Shown: positions 22,801 to 33,752, counted from the stretch's first letter. The stretch is DNA of 40,598 nt from Octopus sinensis (GCF_006345805.1 NW_021834217.1:1-40598), one strand, 5' to 3'. A program made the numbers and translations. The notes: generated by a model from the sequence alone, not told the origin.

Positions 22801-25446
22801 GACCTGGTGGATGTATTTTCCAGACACATTTCTCTCAGTGAAATGTTGTCTTCCACTTTATATCTACAGGACCTGACAGTTTCTGATAAAGCCAGACATA
22901 TTCCTCTCCCTAAACATTTGGGAGACAAAGGACCAATGGAGATTAAACGTTTGGTTCTTACTGAAAATAATCTGATTGCAGGATGTGACTGGAAGAATGG
23001 AAACATTAAGATATTCACATTGGATGGTCAACTATTGGATTCAATCAAAGTGAATATTTATAGGAATATTAAAATGTGTCGATGGCAGTCAAACACACTG
23101 GTCATTACGATGAGGGATCTTTATGATTATAATAAACACCAACTGTTGACATTAAAAGTGGAATTTCCATTGTCGTTGGTAATTTACAAAACGAGAAATA
23201 ATTATTATGAATGTGTGGCTTCTTTATCAAACAATCAACTGGTTTTGAGTGAATGGAGAGATGGAAGACATTTGTATTTTGTTGATATTGATGAAATACA
23301 TTCGAGTGTGAAGGAAATAAAAAAAATAGACATACCTGAACCATTAATAAAGAGAGGCAGAAATGGAAATTATTCTGATATAATCCGGGATATTAAAGTT
23401 ACTGATGAAGATGTCATCATTGTCTTCAACGAAAGATTCATCATTTTCTTCAACAGTGGTGGTCAATATTTACATTCAGTCAGACACTACATGGTGAATT
23501 ATCATGGTGGTGGTGATGACAGGATGACAATTGATGACAGTTTTTTGTACATTTATGGTCAGTGGGAGAAATATTTAGGTTCATTTGGATATAAAAACAT
23601 TTTGTGTTTGACCCAGAATGGGGAATACAAGAGAATATTTTTAAATAAAAGAATTTATAAACATAGAGTAGAATTCTCCAGTATAGACTGTAAAGGACCA
23701 ATGTTTGTTGGAAGCCCCAGGAGGGAAGAAAGGAATGAATTGTATGTTGAAGGGTTGTTTATGGTGAATCGAGACAGCTTCCCGGTTGCTCGTTTACAAA
23801 CAGACAAATGTCCTGTTCAAGTAAAAGATTTTGATGTCTCTGAGGAAGGAAAGACAGTTGTGTGTGAAAAAGCCAATAATGGAAATGTTAAAATATTCGA
23901 TGAAGACGGCCAGTTGCTATGTCACAGAAATGTTGCAAGTTTAGTTGGTGGTGTGTGTTTTACACAAGAATCACACATAATGGCCACGGTTCCTAAAAGG
24001 AAAGAAATATTTCAACTGAATGGAGAAGATTTGCAGACATCTCAAGTTTGGTCGAGTCTCATCCCTTATGGTGTAATATGGAGAAAAGTGGCGGGTATTT
24101 ACTGGTGTGTACATAATGAATTGATTGAATGTCATTGCATAAAGATTGATGGGGACCAAGTGAACATTCTGGAATCTGTGTCGTTATTAAATCTTGATTC
24201 TTGTCTTCGTTTCCCTTCCATTACATCTGAAACGAACAAGGAAATATTCAGTAATGAATTAATTAATAAATTGGAATACAGAGGCGGAGATGGAGATGGA
24301 GGAGGAAGAAGAAGAGGTAAATCAGGTGAAATAATTGGTAAAGGTAGATTAAAGGTGAGATGTGGTAATTACATAGCGGAGATTAATAATTCAGGAATTG
24401 ATGAAATATCAGTGAGGAGACTTCCATATAGGACAGCAATGGTCTCTTTTTCCATTCCTGCATTTGAGGAACCTGTTGATTATGATTTTAGGGACATTAG
24501 GGACCGGAACAGTAAACTAATTAAGTTAGATGAGAATGTGAGTGTGTTGATGTTTCGAGAAAGTGTCACATTAATCAGAACAACAACAACAACAGTGGAC
24601 ATACTTCAACATGAACAACAACAACGACCACCACTGGACATATGTCGGTGGACAGAGGAATGTTTCATTGTCGCCTTTGGGAGAGAAATGAGGGTCTTCA
24701 ACAGGGATCTCCGTCGTTTAAAAACCATCAGAACTGAGAAATATTACAACAGGATTTATAAATACAACGACAATCAACTCGTGTGTGGTGGTCATTATAT
24801 TAGAGACATAACTCAAGAAGAGAGACACAAGAAATACAAAAGAAAATGGAGAAACAACAAGTATTGCTATTATTGCAAAGACCCCGACATCTGTGACCCT
24901 TTTTATGTGGATGTGGTTGATATCAAAGATGGGAAATGTAAAGATGAAGTGTGTCGTGGGAAGATGTGGAGATGGGGAAGGATGGAGGGAGATGAAGGGG
25001 TGGAAGATGTGGGAGTCACATCTTTTGGTGATGTTTTTGTTGTGAGGAGGGAGTGGAAGATGAACAAGTCTGGAAGATTGGAAGATTTTTGTTTTGTGGA
25101 ATGGTCCAGGGAAAAGTCTTTGGTGAGGAGGATAAGAATAGAAAGAGAAATATTTTATGGTCTGGAATTTTATGTTGTAAGACCTCGTCTGACCATAATT
25201 GGTGAATGTGTTTATATAACAGATTTAAGAAACAATATTTACGAAATACCTCGACATATTGAAGAGGAAACATCTGAAGATGATGAAATCCTGAGATTAA
25301 AAGATAATCCAAAATATTTACTCCTCAGTGAGGATTATAATGAAGTCTCTGAAGTTCTTGGTTTGGATGTTTCAGACAATTCTTTGATGGTTTTTGGAAT
25401 TATTCCTGGACGTCAATCTTTTGCTTTCTTTTATTTTGACAAATAA
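19897..25446 (+). CDS. Uncharacterised 1849-aa single-exon protein: N-terminal helical module plus about six tandem NHL/SGL-like beta-propellers
   Basis: Uninterrupted 5.55 kb ORF in 35-40% GC, repeat-saturated DNA. Recurring blocks such as IGEICNLSNGQLVVSD...DICRWDSNHIGVTLP, GNIKIFTLDGQLL...MCRWQSN, GNVKIFDEDGQLL...VCFTQE and LDICRWTEECFIV resemble the propeller of molluscan TRIM-like proteins. Confidence 0.9.
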   Translation: MEKINEENKMLALIPATVCDTTPIHKETTPILTQILHTQNTKKTEEQERKDTKKSKEQEKSMLPSFLHIVTCYRTLIKTDHINTFIDYVKDECNHMDSLGLNGSRILRNIKRKMPRFLEFAEQNNDFVHQNLDWFQQRLFDIYVTCNPYNHKTIEPPKVTTKFRPLRPVVTREVEIEESGEDLSNPISNIVVIQGGIVTYSRHCMTICCITRDSNRNEVHCSSSVTDFTRISEDRVLATLPFRKMILIINPLSFKIKRIQLGLILVSYLEHSTLIGVEMFGRTIYVIDWEENRIKYEFITKETPSDIAVGAQNKLLVSFSNINRVTCYNVDGQQLFEVDTNSLDIPSHISVYQNHFYVLQGHIIYRISGTGAVTTREIGMKCRHISVGRENIFVTDYFDVLHIIGTNEDFWPRQSYNPQLWTPTLNNYIYIEDCCNVTNILPMSTSSILIFYRNNKAILFTETGEIINQNNSTFLEIPSCFCRMNSKGFLLFYRENKEFQCITCPGLMKGPLMKVHTDYIKLCHVVSNKCLALTTSGNKSEVHILLIHKDKVDIAERISLGHHNVSIAATPINFVVVDGNENKMVFYSTCGEELFQKYLPFYGYPHHIYSDNVYFYVLFRRHSILRCYDLYGQMKWQWELPFPVHPHIAVFQGTLYVPDTQLNRVLLYKYQDRSSGCLLPIKNPYIRNLNLRLKEKENDQKLVIGEICNLSNGQLVVSDIKHDCLLYISEEGDIVSRLPLPSTATDICRWDSNHIGVTLPLQKQLRVIGNLSKTVRSVSLRQPYVRVCKMGECEIVCYCDKPSHFDILAINYYNQVEVIKTINIPVFVKSLSIDKKTEKLLIVTRGKAFQYNTRIGGGGHGSDGSISSGDGSISSGDGSISSSDGMVSSDSESEIEAFFKHISGGGHGGRQMVPSVLMSQVKRPLSLQGGSIDQTSVYLIDRSRMFAINDQNLLVNDLVTNNQLNYYIDLVDVFSRHISLSEMLSSTLYLQDLTVSDKARHIPLPKHLGDKGPMEIKRLVLTENNLIAGCDWKNGNIKIFTLDGQLLDSIKVNIYRNIKMCRWQSNTLVITMRDLYDYNKHQLLTLKVEFPLSLVIYKTRNNYYECVASLSNNQLVLSEWRDGRHLYFVDIDEIHSSVKEIKKIDIPEPLIKRGRNGNYSDIIRDIKVTDEDVIIVFNERFIIFFNSGGQYLHSVRHYMVNYHGGGDDRMTIDDSFLYIYGQWEKYLGSFGYKNILCLTQNGEYKRIFLNKRIYKHRVEFSSIDCKGPMFVGSPRREERNELYVEGLFMVNRDSFPVARLQTDKCPVQVKDFDVSEEGKTVVCEKANNGNVKIFDEDGQLLCHRNVASLVGGVCFTQESHIMATVPKRKEIFQLNGEDLQTSQVWSSLIPYGVIWRKVAGIYWCVHNELIECHCIKIDGDQVNILESVSLLNLDSCLRFPSITSETNKEIFSNELINKLEYRGGDGDGGGRRRGKSGEIIGKGRLKVRCGNYIAEINNSGIDEISVRRLPYRTAMVSFSIPAFEEPVDYDFRDIRDRNSKLIKLDENVSVLMFRESVTLIRTTTTTVDILQHEQQQRPPLDICRWTEECFIVAFGREMRVFNRDLRRLKTIRTEKYYNRIYKYNDNQLVCGGHYIRDITQEERHKKYKRKWRNNKYCYYCKDPDICDPFYVDVVDIKDGKCKDEVCRGKMWRWGRMEGDEGVEDVGVTSFGDVFVVRREWKMNKSGRLEDFCFVEWSREKSLVRRIRIEREIFYGLEFYVVRPRLTIIGECVYITDLRNNIYEIPRHIEEETSEDDEILRLKDNPKYLLLSEDYNEVSEVLGLDVSDNSLMVFGIIPGRQSFAFFYFDK
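22480..22551 (+). repeat. In-frame 21-bp tandem repeat encoding (G/S)DGSISS
   Basis: Three full units at 22480-22542 plus a partial fourth. Confidence 0.95.
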
Positions 25447-25865
25447 ATATTTCCAGAAATATTAAACTTCAATCTTCTTCTTCTTCTTCTTCTTCTTCTT
25501 CTTGTTGATGTAAATGGCTTCGCCCGGGAATCGAACCTGCATCGCATACATTGCATTCTACACACTAACTCTTATTGTTGTAACATTTCTCAACACTCTC
25601 TCTTTGTGTGTGAGTGTATATTTATATACAGTATATATACTTGTGTTTATATATATATACACACATATTTAGGAACGTATGTATAGAAATAAGGCTAGAA
25701 GTATGTATGTTTGTGTGTGTGTATATACGCATGTATATATATATATTATATATATATATACGCATGCATGTATGTATAGGAATGTCTGGTCGGAAACCAG
25801 AGACTTTCATAATCATTGATTCTCCATTAAAAGGCAGACGACCAACAACAACAACAGCAGACGAC

Positions 25866-25941
25866 AACCGCCACCGCCTCCATCACCACCACCACCGCCA
25901 CCTGCATCATCATCGTCATCATCATCACCACCGCCATCATC

Positions 25942-25972
<31 letters not shown>

Positions 25973-25983
25973 TCGTCGTCATC
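25866..25983. repeat. (CAT/CAC/CGT)n trinucleotide microsatellite
   Basis: Directly visible; it produces the poly-His ORF 25614-26018. Confidence 0.9.
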
Positions 25984-26726
25984 AGTGTCGTGTGTGCGTG
26001 TGTGCAGTCTGCATCTGACTTTTTATAATGTTTAATAAGAATAGATTGTTGTTGTTGTTGTTGCAGTGAAATTCCAACTGCACACACGCACAAACATTGC
26101 CTTTCGTCCTCGTAGGGTTGTTGTTGTTGTTGCTGTTAGGGGTTCATACAAAAGAGAAGGACACTTTAAGAAGCATTCAGTAAAAGCTTTCCCATAGCTG
26201 GTCATTTTTTATGCTAGAAATAGAAACCACTTTATTTTTCATATAAATTTTGAAGGACAGATAAGAAGCATTCATAAATAAAATTGACCTGTATATGGTC
26301 TCATTTCATGCTAGAAAGAGCCACCTAAACCTTCACGTGAAAGTTGTGAGAAAGCAAATTCGGCATAGCTACAGATGTATACCCCACCGACTTTGTTTCC
26401 TCATAACTTGCAGAAAAATGGATATGTTTTGAAGGAAACTTTCAACAAATAATCGCTTAGATCCTATAGATTGAGTTTTTGTAAGGATTTGTTGGAAAAA
26501 CATTTTCTGAAGGGTTGCGGAAAGGAGTTTCGCAAAATTCACACAACCAGACATTTTCCCTCCTCATAAATTTCAGGAAAATGGGTATTTTTGAATGAAA
26601 TTTTATAGAAATAACTTTCAAACGATGTAGATTATGATTAAAAAGAAATTTGTTGGCAAAATGTTTTGTAAGAGGTCGAGGGAAAATGTGTGTGATTTAA
26701 GGGAGATTTGGCTGTTGTTTTTAGCA

Positions 26727-27400
26727 CCCTGGGTATCAACATGAGTGAGGATACCTCTTTCCAAGTGCACATTACCAGGATGGCGACAAAGTGCAGACGA
26801 CTGGCTGGATGGATCCTAAGAACATTCAGAACCAGAGATAAGGAAACCATGATGGTCCTCTGGCGGACATTCGTCCTCAGCTGCCTGGATTAGTGCTCAC
26901 AGCTATGGTCACCCACCAGTGTGAAATTAACAGCGGGTCTTGAAGCAATCCAGAGAAGATTCACAAAGAAGATCGTCTCTTTGCAACAGCTCAGCAACTG
27001 AGAAAGGTTGGAACAGCTAAGACTCTACTCCCTGGAGAGAAGACGGGTGAGGTATGCAGTAATATACATTTGGAAGATCCTGGAAGGAATTGTGCGAAAT
27101 TTTGGCATTGTAAGCTACACCAATGCTAGAACGGGACAACACTGCATAGTGCCAAAGATCCCAGCAATGCCATCATGCTTCAGGACCAGCTACTGCAATA
27201 GCCTGGGCTTCAGGGGCCCACAGTTTTTCAATATTCTCCGAAAGAGTCTGAGGAACTTGCACAAAGTGGATGTAGAGGTTTTTAAATCAAAGCTGGATCT
27301 CTTCCTGTCGAGAGTCCCAGATGAACCTACCTCACGGCAAGAGGTGCAAATGAGGATAAGTAACATCAAACTCCATTCTTCACCAAGTGCCACATATTAG
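26727..27400 (+). mobile_element. CR1/L2-group LINE 3' fragment (decayed RT C-terminus)
   Basis: LGINMSED...WILRTFRTRD...LD*CSQLWSP...LEAIQRRFTK...LRLYSLERRR.RYAVIYIWKIL...FKSKLDLFLSRVPDEP. Confidence 0.88.
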
Positions 27401-27489
27401 AGGAGACTCTCAGTAATAACAGAGTAGCAAATGGCAGTGCTCCAGCATGGTCACAACTCTGAGCTGAAACTACAAAAAGAAAGAATATG

Positions 27490-27501
27490 CATGTATGTAT
27501 G

Positions 27502-27591
<90 letters not shown>
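27490..27591. repeat. (TA)n microsatellite
   Basis: Directly visible. Confidence 0.97.
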
Positions 27592-27598
<7 letters not shown>

Positions 27599-28253
27599 AA
27601 ATATTAGAGAGCCAACTTTGAGTATGTTAACTCTATGTGCTAAAAATATATCCGCCGGTCAAGTCGCCTAATATAAATCCACATAGAAATAGCACCACAT
27701 TCAATGCTATGAATTTAAGTTACAACAAATAATGGATTAATGTTATACATATGTTTCTTCATCAACAAGTTATGTAGATTTCACTTACATAATTGTCTAT
27801 GATTCCTCAGTAACATTTGTCTATATAATTGATCAGACCATTACAAGCGACGACTCTCCGATGGTCTGACGAATTATATACTGGTTGTATTTACAAAATT
27901 CCCGCCGAAAGTAAATGCTAAGTGGAAGTGAATACCGCATGTAATAATGACTGCAGCATATCAAATCAATACATTTAATAATGAGGGTGAATAAAATTAT
28001 AGATATTAATTTAATAATACCCCTATTTTAACACCAAGCGACCTAGCACAGAAAACTGGGGATACAAATTCATATTTATCCGTAAATACTGGCGGATCTA
28101 TTTTTAGCACATAGAGTTAACATACTAAAAGTTGGCTCTCTAATATTTACGGATAAATATGAATTTGTATCCCCAGTTTTCTGTGCTAGGTCGCTTGGTG
28201 TTAAAATAGGGTATTATTAAATTAATATCTATAATTTTATTCACCCTCATTAT

Positions 28254-28258
<5 letters not shown>
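27592..28258 (-). mobile_element. Fold-back Penelope-like terminal element with nested inverted repeats, between two (TA)n tracts
   Basis: 27592-27656 is the reverse complement of 28091-28155 (63/65). 27973-28088 is the reverse complement of 28144-28258 (one homopolymer indel). A hammerhead motif lies on the minus strand. Confidence 0.62.
27739..27817 (-). ncRNA. Type I hammerhead ribozyme motif
   Basis: Minus strand: AATGTTA-CTGAGGA-A-TCAT.GACAA.TTATGTA/TACATAA.TTGTT.ATGA-A-GAAA-C-ATAT-G-TA-TAACATT. This gives a perfect 7-bp stem I, a long stem II, a palindromic stem III loop and a GUA triplet. Confidence 0.78.
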
Positions 28259-28310
<52 letters not shown>

Positions 28311-29475
28311 ACATATATATATATATTTGGATATATATATATACAAATATTAATTCGATTTAATGGGATTAATTGATATGCGGGTATTCTATTTCAGATA
28401 ATACAAAAATAACCTAATGAAATACAATTTTTCAACTGGAAAGTTTCAAAAGGTTTGTGACTGATTTCCAACATTTTCGGTTCTCGTGTTTTCTTGACAA
28501 AGATTTACACTACAGTGAAATGCAGGGTAAATATAATCTTCACAGCTATTAGTAAATGTGTATTAACCCATAATTTCTCAATCTGATAAGTGTGAGTGAG
28601 GAAAATTTCTAAGTGCAATTTTTCATTTCACAATTCTCAAAATATTTGCTGATTATTTCAAACATTTACAGTCCTCGTCTTTTCTGATAAATCGATACAT
28701 GCCTCTTGACCTTACAAGGTCAGCAAGTCCTCAGTGTGCTGCCACTACCTCATACATCGGCACATGAGTGCCCTCACCTTCGCTGTCATTGTTGCACTCC
28801 GCCTTGCACCCAGGCAGCCACCACGCTTGCTCATACACTCATTCATGCTTGCCTGCTCCTCACCATCATATGCACCGCTGACAGCATCTCTGGTCATTCA
28901 TCATTTTTCACATTCAGACTCCTCCTCACCTTCGCCTTGATGTCATGGCTATGACCTCATCTGCTGCCACAGCTGTGAAGACTACACCTCTGCCTTGCTT
29001 CTAGACCAACAATATCATCATTGTGTCCCCCAATGCATTCCCATGACCACCTCCATCAGTTGGCATGCTATGGAAGCTTGCAATCTGTTGCTGCCCTTCT
29101 GGCTGATTTCGTACTGGGGACACTGTTGCTCATGCTTATGCGCTCCATGATCAACCACCTGCTTCTCTTTCTTTCCTCCTCACTGACCCTCGACCTTGAC
29201 TCAACATCCCCTCCATGATGGGCACCACCAGCGACCATTGTCAACACCTCACCACTTCCATATATGCTCACTGCTCCGGTTTTGTCGTTTTCTGTTGTTG
29301 AGGACCCGGTCAGGTTATGCTACTGATCTTGTGTTGCATTGCCACGGATGCAGCAGAAAGGCAAGAAGTAAAAAGAATATAAATGTGATATTATATCCCA
29401 GGATTCATGAAGCTTCCAGTCGTTGTGATACGTGCACCAGAAAATAAATAAAACAAGAAGAAAAAACACATTATT

Positions 29476-29850
29476 TATAATAATAATAATAATAATGAAA
29501 TTATTGTATACAGTGCTCAGGTGCACCACAACTTGTCAAAAGTGCATATAAAGCATATGCAGTAATGTACAAATGTCTGGAAAGCGAACAATGTATGAGT
29601 CAGACACATGCTTGCCTGTGTATGGAGGGGAGAAAATCAGGTGTAGTGTTGGAGAATCTCTGGAAGCATGGAAGTTTTGAAGGATGCAGTGCTCCGACAA
29701 TTAACAACTGATGTCGGCAGTTTGTTCCATGCTTAAGCAACTCTTAGCGTGAAAAAATGTTTCCGAAAGTCATGGGAGCTGTGCTGTTTTCTGACTTTGT
29801 AAACATGTCCACGGGTGTTAGACAGGTGGAGTTTGAAAAGGTGCTCAGAG
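29476..29850 (-). mobile_element. CR1-clade LINE 3' fragment, older copy
   Basis: (AAT)n tail followed by TGTATACAGTGCTCAGGTGCAC; similar to 30040-30330. Confidence 0.8.
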
Positions 29851-30039
29851 TTATAAATACATTCACACAAATGAAAGAAAACAACAGTGTCCCAGTGCAG
29901 CACAACTGAAAAAATTCTTGCAGGAACAAATGGACTTCATAACAAGAGGTAAATGACACTGGATAGTTATTGCTGTTCGTAACAGTAAAGCAGATGCTAA
30001 AACTGTGGCTACTATTACTTGCACATCCCAAGGTTCTAT

Positions 30040-31078
30040 AATAATAATAATAATAATAATAATAATTGTGTACAGTGCTCAGGTGCACTACAACTCATCT
30101 AAAGTGTATATATAATCAGGTGAAGTTTCGGCGGATTTCGGAAAGCATGAGGGCCTTAAAAGATGCAGTGTCATGGCAGTCAACAACTGACGCAGGCAGT
30201 TTATTCCATGCTTCAGCAACTCTGAGCGTGAAAAAATGTTTCCGAAAGTCATGGGAGCTGTATTGTTTTCTGACTTTGTCGGCATGTCCACGTGTGTTAG
30301 ACACATGGAGATCAAAAAGGTGTTCAGTGTTGTTGTTGGTGAGGTGGTTGATAACTTTGTGGGTGTTTACCAAGTCCGTCGCCAACGCCGGAGCTTCAGT
30401 GAATCCATGCCCAGGGAAACAAGGCGCTCAGATATGGTAGGTGTCTGATGGAGGGTATGCGTTTGGTTGCACGTCTCTGGACAGATTCCAGGAGGTCAAT
30501 GTTCTGTGCAAGATAGGTTCCAAACTGATGATGCGAATTCCAAGTGTGGTCGTACCATAGCTGTATACAGTTTTAAATAGATGGCTGGAGAGCGGCTAAC
30601 AAAAGACCTGCTGAGTGATGCCAAGACACCCTCGGCCTTCCTGACAATCTTAGAGATATGCTTTGACCAACGCAAATCACTGCTGACAGTGATGCCTAGG
30701 TCACGCTCGCAAGAGGATTTCTTGATATCAGTGTTGTGGAGGGAGTATATGAACGCAGGGTTTTTTCCCCCAAAATGCATGGTGGTACACTTGTCCACAG
30801 CCAGTTTCAGTTGCCAGTCTGTGATCCATTGCTGCATTGTGTCTAGGTCTGATTGCAGGAAAGAGTTGTAGACATCAGGATCTGTCCTCTTGATTTCAAG
30901 GTACAGCTTGATGTCGTCTGCATATTTCAATACTGTGGCATTCTTTAAATTGGCATCTATGTCGTTAATGTATGCCACAAACAAGAGGGGACCAAGGACA
31001 GATCCCTGTGGTACACCCGATGACATCTCATATGGTGTAGAGTGCTGTCCTAGAACTGTGACTACCTCCTTTCGGCTT
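30040..31078 (-). mobile_element. 5'-truncated CR1-clade LINE with RT fragment
   Basis: SGVPQGSVLGPLLF, LKYADDIKLY, ERDLGITV, VRPHLEFASSVW and RKHFFTLRVAEAWNKLP motifs. (ATT)n tail at 30040-30066. Confidence 0.93.
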
Positions 31079-32641
31079 ATGACTTAACTATTTATAGAGA
31101 AGACTGGTGACCAAAATAGGAGTTAGCAATGTATCAGCCCCAACAGGGACCAGACAAAAGTGGTGGCAATGGTGGAGGAGCACATAAAGGTTATAACCCT
31201 CAAGTCCACTCTCTAGCAGAATCATTCACCCATGACAGTGGTGAATAAATTAATTGGGTTTAAAAGACTGTGTTCATTGAGGAGAATCTTTTGGTGAAAA
31301 CCTTGTTAAAAAGTATCAGCAAGGAGAAAAGTTGTGACTTTAAGTAATGAAATATGGTAAGTAACACCCAAGATTGACTTTGAATCAAAATATATCAACT
31401 AATATTGAAGAAAATTATACAACAGTTGTGTTCAAATGAATCATCAAAAAATATTAGCATCAAAAAAGTGGTGTATCTTTAACTGACAAAAAAAAAGGTG
31501 ATTGTTTACACAAATGAAAATATTTTGGTCATTTTAAGATATTTAACATTATAAAAGTTGGTATCAGATGTAATAGTTCACGTAGCTTAATGGTACAGTA
31601 TGCTTAACTGTTTTTTAAATGATAAGGTTTCTCTGTAGTGGCTTGGTATAAAGTTTTCTGTTTTCGTTTTCTAAGAGTATTTTATCGATCTTAGCTGTTT
31701 TCACTTCTCCACTGCATTCGAGATTTCTTTTCTACATTTTTCTAAAATTTTTCAGGAACAACTGAATAACAACATCAGGTTTAGTGAGAAAAATTACATC
31801 AGTATATCAAATTTAAACATTTTCACTCAATTTAAAAATGTTTTAAAAGTGAAAACCAGCCAAAAAAGAATTTCACTTGTTCCAGAAAAATTTTAGAGAA
31901 ATGTTAAAGAGGTTTAAAGTTTGATTATTCTTAATCAGAAAACAGAATTTAGAAAACGATAAGTTGTAATAAGTTTTGAAATTTGAATAAGTTTAAATGA
32001 ATCAAGTCAAGCGAAACACTGGAGAAGGAAAAATTATCCATAAATTTTTTTTGGAAAAATTACAGGAAAACAAACTGGTACAGGTGCATTTTATGTGGTA
32101 GCAGCAGCCAGAAGCCTGCAAGATGAAGAACACTCAGCTGGAGAGGGACGCAGGGGACACGCCTGTATGCAAGGACAACCATGCTTTAACTTGGTTTGAC
32201 ATGTCCTCTCATAAAATCAGGGTTCCAGTTCCTCTGCCAGAGTTCTCTTTCTGCTGGGTCAGCTCTTCTTTTGCCCCTCACTAATCCAACAGTGAATAGC
32301 ATCTTGTGATTTTGGTTACTACAACTGCTTCCCTTACTTTGTGCAGTCCTTTACAAACAACAAACCAAATAACACACTCTCCAGCTTTAATAAAGGTGAA
32401 GGGTAAAGAGCCCCTTTGGTATTGCACCTAGAAAGTTGCCCTCTGGGGCACAAAGTCCAGGCAGAATGGTTTTATGTATATCAGCCTCTCCTCTCCATAG
32501 GGAAAAGAAGGGTAAAGTGCCCCTTTGGTCATGAATGACTAAGGGATTACGGTAGAATTAACAAATTTGATGTCATACAAACACAGAGGCATTGCACACC
32601 ATATTGCAGTACTGCTCACATACCCGGGGTGGGGCTGCTGT

Positions 32642-32696
<55 letters not shown>

Positions 32697-33156
32697 CTGT
32701 GTGACCAACGTTGAAATATGATCTAGGATGTGTGTGTGTGTGTGTGTGTGTGTGTGACAGCAGAAGTGTTCCAAATATGTAAACAGTTCCATAATGGGGC
32801 CTAGCGAGTGTGTTTGTGTGTGTATGTTTATGTGTGTGTGTGTTTGTGTGTGTGTGTATTTGTGTGTGTGTGTGATTGTGTGTGTGTGTATTTGTGTGTG
32901 TGTGTGTGATTGTGTGTGTGATTGTGCAACAGCAGACCTGTTCCAGGTATGCTAGTAGCCCATCCATTCTCCCTGGCTGCCCCCTCATGGGGCCAATGTC
33001 AATGTCTGCTGCACTCAAGTCTGGGAACCTGATTGACAGGAATGAAAGGCCAGCTTCTTACCCTTTATTCGAAGATATCGATCTGCTTTGGTTGGGTTTT
33101 TTTTTTTTTTTTTCCATAATCTTAAACAGAAAGTGGTGTACAAATGCACATTCATA

Positions 33157-33197
<41 letters not shown>

Positions 33198-33359
33198 CAG
33201 CAACACATGCCGGATGGCACCAAAATTTGGTCATAAACAGAAACAGGTACTCACATCTGCAAATGTCTGGAAGGAGGTGCATCCTGGAAAAAGAAATAAT
33301 GATGATAATAATAATAATTATAATAACAATAATAATAATAATAATAACAATGATGGTGG

Positions 33360-33403
<44 letters not shown>

Positions 33404-33407
33404 GTGA

Positions 33408-33630
33408 TGATCCCTAAAGATCTGAACGGAAGGATAGAGGAAATAGGCATAAAACCCAGTTTCGTACAGCTGCAGAAAACAGGGACAGCTAGGATACTTA
33501 GGAGGGTTCTTGGCATCTAAGGTTACTTGTTGTAATACTTTAGGGGGGTTCTTGGCATTTCAGGCAACTTGTTGGAGCACGATGTTAGGATTCTTTTCTT
33601 TTCCAACAGTCTAAGCTGTTGAGTGTATAA
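33408..33630 (+). mobile_element. Extreme 3' end of an R4/Dong-clade non-LTR element, embedded in (GAT)n/(TAA)n
   Basis: IPKDLNGRIEEIGIKPSFVQLQKT-GTARILRRVLGI* matches the recalled R4/Dong C-terminus LQK..LLGTARILR.VL. A short 3'UTR runs into (TAA)n. Confidence 0.7.
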
Positions 33631-33639
33631 CAATAATAA

Positions 33640-33686
<47 letters not shown>

Positions 33687-33700
33687 TAATAATAATAATG

Positions 33701-33752
<52 letters not shown>

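Noticed and set aside
19897-25446. Viral or bacterial origin of the intronless giant ORF
   Set aside because: There are no neighbouring viral or operon-like genes, a splice acceptor lies upstream, and the repeats resemble molluscan TRIM-type propellers.
25515-25570. Functional tRNA gene
   Set aside because: No D-arm, anticodon arm or complementary 5' acceptor strand can be built.
27860-27930. Plus-strand CTGACGA...GAAA
   Set aside because: Stem I and stem II do not pair. The convincing motif in this element is on the minus strand at 27739-27817.
32876-33520. 214-aa plus-strand ORF
   Set aside because: It is stitched from (TG)n, (CA)n, (AAT)n and (GAT)n. Only the last 37 or so aa (R4/Dong tail) are meaningful.
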